IMG/VR virus record: IMGVR_UViG_2778261540_000003
Strand: one strand, 5' to 3'
Source: a virus
Taxonomy: Duplodnaviria > Heunggongvirae > Uroviricota > Caudoviricetes
DNA length: 64,000 bases
The notes below the pieces were generated by a model. That model made no database searches. It had not been told where the DNA came from and saw only the letters and a program-made list of their open reading frames with translations. Positions 58,338-64,000 of this stretch are shown piece after piece. Made by a program: the position numbers and the translations under genes. Each line of letters starts with the position of its first letter. The first letter of the stretch is position 1.

Positions 58338-60253
58338 GCCGCTACCCCCGCTTTCTGGATTGCTACCAACAGATCAGCCAGGTGGCGAGCTGCGCCGTTA
58401 ACCAGCTCTTCGTTTTCCTCAAAACGTCCGGCAGCCTGAAGGGCTGCAATCGCTTCCCGGATATTGCCCCGGGCGTTACGGATCTCCGCCATGTCAGTGC
58501 TTTGCATATCCATTACGTTATTGAGATATTCAATGGCTTTATTAGCCTCTGCATCTGCTTCGCTAACCGTTTCATCAGGCTGTGCCGGGGCCGGTTCTGG
58601 CTGAGTAATCTCACCGACTTCGGCCTGCAATGCATTGATCATGCTCTGCACCATTTTCTCGGTGCCAGCGCCCCCAGGAAACGCAATATTGGGGAAAGTT
58701 TTTTGAAACTGAGTTTTCAGCATTACGCGGAACTCGTCTGGTGAGCTGGTGGCCAGCTCCAGAGCTTTTTGTGCATATTTGCCAAACGGACCATTAGTAA
58801 GTGTCTTCGCCAGGAAGTCGAAAGAATCCTCGCGAGGCAATAACTTCAGGTCGTACTCACTCATTTGCTGATCAGAAAGCGGGGTATCGTAAGTAGCAAT
58901 GCCGTAGCGTGCATATTCATAATACGGGTCACCTTCATCAGGGCGCGGCAGAATCGCTTTGTTACCTTCAGGTATTGCGCCAGGGGCCGCCGGACGCATT
59001 TGCAGGGCATATCGATATGCACCTACAGAGACTTCTGGTTCAGGCGAAGAGCTACCGGTATCCTCCGCTGGTTCAGGTTCGACGTTTTCCGGTTTATGTT
59101 CTTCTGGTTGGACCAGATATTCCGATACATTACCCGCTTTATAGGCTTTAAACAGCTTGCCGATCGCATCTGCCATGTCCACACCCTGTATGGATTTAGC
59201 CTTGATCATGTATACGCTGCCATCCGGATCGGTTAACTGGATATACCCTTCACCATCCCCAATGAATTGCTTCATTGATGCACCATTACTGAGCGTCGCT
59301 TCCCCGTCCATATGCATACGATTTTTGATACTGGCAAGGCGATCCGTCAGCGCGCGAGAGTGCCCACCAGTCATCCCCGCTGGAGCAATGGTATCGCGCC
59401 CACCAGTGCGATTGAGCTGATCAATCTCCGTCTGCAAACGCTCATTCTCTTCATAAAGAGAATCCGCTTCCGATGCAACAGCGTTAATTTTCTGCTCCAG
59501 ATCTGCCTTCTGCCCTTCTACCGCTGCCACCTGATCCGCGAGGTCGCTCATGGCATCCTCTTTCTGGTCACTGTCAGCCTGTAGTTGGGTTATTTCATCA
59601 ACAAGGGCTTTTTTCTTCTTCTGCGCACGCTGGAATTTTGCCGAGTTTTTCTCTGCAAGGTTGGCAAGTTTCATGGTGACCTGCGCCAGCGTCATATCAC
59701 GTCCACTCATCGGAGCAACGGTGTGAGTAACGTCTTTTTTATTCAGTAAGAACTGGAAAGCAACCAGCGTATCGCTATTGGTGATCCGGTTTTCCGCTGT
59801 CGGGCTATGAAACAGAATGCTGATAGTCTGACCATCACTGAGCGGAATAATGGCTGGCAAGACCGGCAGCCCGTTAACGTTACGTGCCCGGCCAATTTCA
59901 GCGCCGCCGATCGCGCGCGCGCCGCTCTGGGCCACATCCCCCGTTTTATCACTCCCCGCAGAGATTCCGGTACCATTCAGCTTCTGGTTCAATGCCCGGA
60001 CAAATGCCTGCATGGTCCGGTGTAACTGCAAACGAGTAGAACTAATCGCCTCCAGTAAATCCGTAGCACACCAGTGGATCGGCGTGTCATAGAAGAACGT
60101 AGCCTCGATTTCCTCCAGGGTGTTGGATTCCGTCATCAGATAGCGGTCCTCACCGGCCATTAATGCGCGATATTCATCATCAGTCACTGGCGGGGGAAGC
60201 ACGTCAAGCCCAGGCTTGAGCGTCACCCCTTTATTGATATTGAACTGTTCCAT
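58334..60253 (-). CDS. darA: Antirestriction internal head protein DarA
   Basis: 639 aa, matching remembered DarA size; position in lydA-lydB-hdf-darA operon. Confidence 0.75.
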   Translation of the reverse strand: MEQFNINKGVTLKPGLDVLPPPVTDDEYRALMAGEDRYLMTESNTLEEIEATFFYDTPIHWCATDLLEAISSTRLQLHRTMQAFVRALNQKLNGTGISAGSDKTGDVAQSGARAIGGAEIGRARNVNGLPVLPAIIPLSDGQTISILFHSPTAENRITNSDTLVAFQFLLNKKDVTHTVAPMSGRDMTLAQVTMKLANLAEKNSAKFQRAQKKKKALVDEITQLQADSDQKEDAMSDLADQVAAVEGQKADLEQKINAVASEADSLYEENERLQTEIDQLNRTGGRDTIAPAGMTGGHSRALTDRLASIKNRMHMDGEATLSNGASMKQFIGDGEGYIQLTDPDGSVYMIKAKSIQGVDMADAIGKLFKAYKAGNVSEYLVQPEEHKPENVEPEPAEDTGSSSPEPEVSVGAYRYALQMRPAAPGAIPEGNKAILPRPDEGDPYYEYARYGIATYDTPLSDQQMSEYDLKLLPREDSFDFLAKTLTNGPFGKYAQKALELATSSPDEFRVMLKTQFQKTFPNIAFPGGAGTEKMVQSMINALQAEVGEITQPEPAPAQPDETVSEADAEANKAIEYLNNVMDMQSTDMAEIRNARGNIREAIAALQAAGRFEENEELVNGAARHLADLLVAIQKAGVAA

Positions 60254-60254
60254 G

Positions 60255-60866
60255 TTAATTTCCTGCTTTCAGTTGCTTAAGACGGCGTTTGAGTTCGCCA
60301 TTTCGGGCCTTTTCGTTATTGAGTCGGCCTGTCTCCTTATCCAGCTTCGCCCGCAAATCAGTGATCTGCTGTTGATTGAAAGACACCGAGTTCTGAGCTG
60401 ATTTATAAGCGGCAACCACCTGAGCATTCCGCTGTTTTGCTTCTTGCAGGCGCTGAAAGTTGGATTTAACTGCCGGTTTCTTGTCTACCGGATTGGCAAC
60501 ACGCTTCGCTTTGGCGATCAGTGATTTCTGGAATTTTGCGGAGTTTTTGCGAGCCGCCTGTCCCATGACGGTACCAAGCGTCTTGATATCCGGCGACTGA
60601 GCGTTAGGAATAGCTTTTCCATTCAGTTTCACAGACGATATATCGCCAGTATCGTTTACCTGTATGGCAAGAATTTGTCCGTCGTTAAGAACCAGCTTTG
60701 CGGTTTTAACTTTAACGCCATCTTTCGTTGTTGCGCGGTTGCTGGAGTCAACCTCAATTACCGTAACCCCGGTTTTATTGATCGCCGCGATAAGGGATTT
60801 CAGCCCCTTTTCATTAACCTGGTCAAAATCGACCGTTGCATACTTATTTTTCGTCATCTGACACAT
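60255..60866 (-). CDS. hdf: Hdf candidate (dar operon)
   Basis: 203 aa with basic coiled-coil C-terminus; immediately upstream of darA. Confidence 0.55.
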   Translation of the reverse strand: MCQMTKNKYATVDFDQVNEKGLKSLIAAINKTGVTVIEVDSSNRATTKDGVKVKTAKLVLNDGQILAIQVNDTGDISSVKLNGKAIPNAQSPDIKTLGTVMGQAARKNSAKFQKSLIAKAKRVANPVDKKPAVKSNFQRLQEAKQRNAQVVAAYKSAQNSVSFNQQQITDLRAKLDKETGRLNNEKARNGELKRRLKQLKAGN

Positions 60867-61287
60867 CCTGTGCGAGATTTATTACGTAACTTCTGCGGAT
60901 TTGCTGAGTAACAGGGAAAATCCGATACAACGGGTTAATGAACGAGTCGCCATGCGTAACCATGACGTTGAAATGCCACAGTCGCTCTCCTTTACCCATA
61001 TATTCAGTGGGTATGTACAACCATTCACTGTTTTCGCCCTGTTCAGCCGACGTCAGACAACGTTGTTCGCCTTCAATCACTGTCGTCGGCTTCTGAACAT
61101 CGCGGATCCAATATCTGACCGTTGCGCCGCGCAAAAACGGGAATTTAGACCGGTATTTGAACGGCACCCGGATGAAACCCGGTTTAATTTCCACATCACC
61201 AAGTTCTAAATGCGTGATGTCCTTGCGTTTTAGCAAATAGCGATCGGCTAAGGCTAACGCAAGAACGCATACACCCCAGCCAATCAT
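60844..61287 (-). CDS. lydB: LydB candidate (holin antagonist)
   Basis: 147 aa downstream of holin-like gene; by position. Confidence 0.55.
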   Translation of the reverse strand: MIGWGVCVLALALADRYLLKRKDITHLELGDVEIKPGFIRVPFKYRSKFPFLRGATVRYWIRDVQKPTTVIEGEQRCLTSAEQGENSEWLYIPTEYMGKGERLWHFNVMVTHGDSFINPLYRIFPVTQQIRRSYVINLAQDVSDDEK

Positions 61288-61613
61288 TTCCCGCCTCCCT
61301 TTTTCACCAAACTTGTAAGAACATTCAGAATGCTATCGATATTCACTCGTTTCATCCCTGAAATCACCTCATGACCGTTATTGCTGGCTATCGTTACCAT
61401 TAAGTACGTAATTGATAACTCCCAGCCCTCGTGTTGCCCCAATAGGTACGCCACCGCGCCAGCTGTCACTGCAACAAAGATCTCCGTAACCAATCCCAAC
61501 AAATTGCCAGACTGGCGACCGTCTCGGACATCCATCAGGAACGTGCCTATCCCACCAATTACTGAAAGCAGGAGCGCAATAGCAACTGGAGCTAATTCCT
61601 GTGTGTCAAGCAC
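61284..61613 (-). CDS. lydA: Holin LydA candidate
   Basis: 109 aa with hydrophobic TM segments and charged C-terminus KKGGGK. Confidence 0.6.
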   Translation of the reverse strand: MLDTQELAPVAIALLLSVIGGIGTFLMDVRDGRQSGNLLGLVTEIFVAVTAGAVAYLLGQHEGWELSITYLMVTIASNNGHEVISGMKRVNIDSILNVLTSLVKKGGGK

Positions 61614-61680
61614 AAGTTCCCTCCTACGTTGTCAGGAGGTAATGGTATGCAAAGTAACTTCTCAACCGGTCATTTGTTGC

Positions 61681-61962
61681 TTAAGAGGCATTTCTATTGA
61701 GGTGCGAATCGATAATCCTTTGTAACTTTTCAAGAATGAGCCTGTTATTGATGCTGCAAATAATAGTCACGCAATTCTGAAGACTTTCATCCATACCCTT
61801 ATATTCCGCGAAATACATGCCTATAAAGCCTGCAAGTACGGCAGCAATACACTCGGCCATCAATTGCCTGCATGACGCTTCGTAACGTTTTTCACGAACC
61901 CCATTCAGAAACGAATGCACCCCGCCAAGGATGGAGAGGAGCATTATTGTGAAATCACACAT
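61681..61962 (-). CDS. Second small holin-like membrane protein
   Basis: 93 aa with two hydrophobic segments. Confidence 0.5.
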   Translation of the reverse strand: MCDFTIMLLSILGGVHSFLNGVREKRYEASCRQLMAECIAAVLAGFIGMYFAEYKGMDESLQNCVTIICSINNRLILEKLQRIIDSHLNRNAS

Positions 61963-62089
61963 AACTATTTCCTTAATAGTGAATTAAATATCATTGGGAA
62001 ACGGTATGTACTTTGTGATTTCCACACATACTGGTTTTTGTTAATTAAAATCCGCAGCTTGCTATAAATAACGATAGTGAGCAGAAAAT

Positions 62090-62650
62090 ATGCTAATAGG
62101 CTATGTACGCGTATCAACAAATGAACAAAACACTGCTTTACAACGAAACGCTCTTGAAAGCGCAGGATGTGAGCTAATTTTTGAGGACAAGGCGAGCGGC
62201 AAAAAGGCTGAACGCCCTGGGTTAAAAAAGGTTCTCCGTATGCTTTCCAGAGGTGACACCCTAGTCGTATGGAAGTTAGATCGTCTTGGGCGCAGCATGC
62301 GTCACTTAGTTGTGCTGGTGGAAGAGCTGCGTGACAGAGGCATTAACTTCCGGAGTCTCACTGACTCCATCGACACCAGTACACCAATGGGGCGCTTTTT
62401 CTTTCACGTAATGGGGGCGCTGGCAGAAATGGAACGTGAGCTTATCGTTGAACGTACACGCGCTGGACTTGATGCAGCTCGCGCAGAAGGTCGTATAGGT
62501 GGACGTCGGCCTAAATACCAAGAAGAAACATGGCAGCAAATGCGGCGATTGCTCGAGAAGGGCATCCCCCGTAAGCAGGTTGCAATCATCTATGATGTGG
62601 CTGTTTCCACGCTTTATAAGAAGTTTCCGGCGTCATCATTTCAATCCTAA
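62090..62650 (+). CDS. cin: Cin serine DNA invertase
   Basis: 186 aa beginning MLIGYVRVSTNEQNTALQRNALE; catalytic Ser in RVST. Confidence 0.95.
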   Translation: MLIGYVRVSTNEQNTALQRNALESAGCELIFEDKASGKKAERPGLKKVLRMLSRGDTLVVWKLDRLGRSMRHLVVLVEELRDRGINFRSLTDSIDTSTPMGRFFFHVMGALAEMERELIVERTRAGLDAARAEGRIGGRRPKYQEETWQQMRRLLEKGIPRKQVAIIYDVAVSTLYKKFPASSFQS

Positions 62651-62667
62651 ACCTTGGTTTAAGAGAA
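62642..62667. other. cix inversion crossover site
   Basis: caatccTAAACC-TT-GGTTTAagagaa, inverted half-sites around a 2-bp core, overlapping the cin stop codon. Confidence 0.7.
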
Positions 62668-64000
62668 CTCGGTACCAGCGGTGAAAAGATCCCCCTGTTG
62701 AGCACGGCTAACACATGGAGTTCACGCCAGACTTTCAACGGCGGGATCACCGGGGCGCTGGCAGGGAATGCCGATACTGCAACGAAATTGAAAACAGCAC
62801 GCTCGATTGGCGGTGTGGCATTTGATGGCTCGGCCAATATCAATCTTCCAGGTGTAAATACAACAGGTAACCAGAACACCACGGGGAATGCTGCTACCGC
62901 GACGAAACTTGCGACGGCAAGAAACATCAACGGTGTTAAATTTGATGGTTCTGTGGACATTTCGATACCAACAATTACGTCCAGAGGGCGTGTTACTGCG
63001 CTCACCGGTACAACACAAGGTGCTGCTACTGGATTGCAAATGTATGAGGCGTACAACAACGGCTATCCTTCTGCTTACGGGAATGTGCTTCATCTTAAGG
63101 GCGCAACGGCAGTTGGTGAAGGTGAGTTGTTCATAGGTTGGAGCGGTACAAGTGGCGCTCATGCACCTGTACATGTACGTTCGCGACGAGATACTGATAC
63201 AGCCAGTTGGTCAGAGTGGGCGCAGGTCTACACATCGAAGGATTCCATCCCTGGTGTAAATACCACGGGCAACCAGAACACAACCGGAAACGCGGCGTCT
63301 GCAACGAAATTACAAACGGCAAGAACTATTGGTGGTGTTTCATTTAATGGCACCGCAAACATCGACCTGCCGGGCGTGAATAAAACAGGCAATCAGAGCA
63401 CTACCGGCAATGCAGCTACAGCCACAAAACTGCAAACAGCACGCACCATTAATGGGGTTTCATTTGACGGAACGGCTAATATTTCTCTGTCACCGGCAAA
63501 TATTGGTTGCCCGGCATCTCCTACTGGTTGGCTTGAAACAGGTGATAATGGAGCATCAATAACAACAGAGCAATTAGTGACTCTGCTACGAGATAATGGT
63601 GCTTTTAATGCAAAGGTATGGATAGCGCGTTGTGCCTGGGCGTATGCAATTAGTGCATCCATACCAGACAGCGAAACAGGATGCGGCATTATTCCACTGG
63701 CTGGCGCAGTTATAGAGGTATTTAATAATAGCAGTAGCACGAGTTATTTTACCATTCGTATAACAACGGCAACGACGACAAGTGTATCTGGCGCACTCAC
63801 TAATGCTGAATTTATCTATGTGTCTAATGGCACAAGTTATTCACCAGGATGGCGCAGAGCGTATAACACTAAAAACAAACCTACTGCGGCTGATGTCGGA
63901 GCTTTACCACTATCTGGAGGAGCGTTAACTGGCGGATTAACTGCTGCTGGCGAGATTATTTCCAAATCGGCGAATGGTCTGCGCATTGCCTATGGCAACT
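62656..64000 (+). CDS. Silent alternative tail-fibre variable region (Sv-prime orientation) in the invertible C segment, partial
   Basis: open plus-strand frame from the cix site to the window end, no start codon; repeated TA(T/R)KLxTARxIxGVxFDGSxNI tail-fibre modules; absent from ORF track because no stop in window. Confidence 0.65.

Overview
This window reads as a segment of a P1-family temperate phage-plasmid (P1/P7-like). Calls rest on protein sequences I recognise directly: Phd/Doc, HumD, C1 repressor, Coi, Cre with a perfect loxP site, Ref, PacA/PacB with the hexamer-repeat pac site, Cin, DarB (2255 aa), SSB, SAR lysozyme, Hot, and a DnaB-like Ban preceded by three tRNA genes. Left to right: tRNA cluster with unusual structured repeats, ban and a co-translated glycosyltransferase-like gene, a minus-strand morphogenesis block, a long plus-strand block of accessory genes (Ser/Thr phosphatase, HAD phosphatase, VRR-NUC, tandem glycosyltransferase-like paralogs), hot, humD-phd-doc, lpa, pacAB, c1-coi immunity, loxP-cre-cra-ref, a cargo island, darB, portal/protease, lyz, ssb, the darA/lysis operon, and cin with the start of the invertible C segment. 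The most unusual region is the ref-to-lxc interval: where P1 carries its Type III res-mod genes (from memory of the P1 map), this element has an orphan gene split by a complete Tn3-family blaTEM-1 transposon (5-bp target duplication GAAAA) and a convergent AT-rich 346-aa orphan gene. A second point of interest is a PacB paralog with degenerate Walker A/B motifs next to ssb. CDS coordinates come from the supplied ORF track; hand-mapped sites (operators, hairpins, repeats) may be off by 1-2 nt. No database search was possible, so P1 gene names assigned by position or size alone carry lower confidence.
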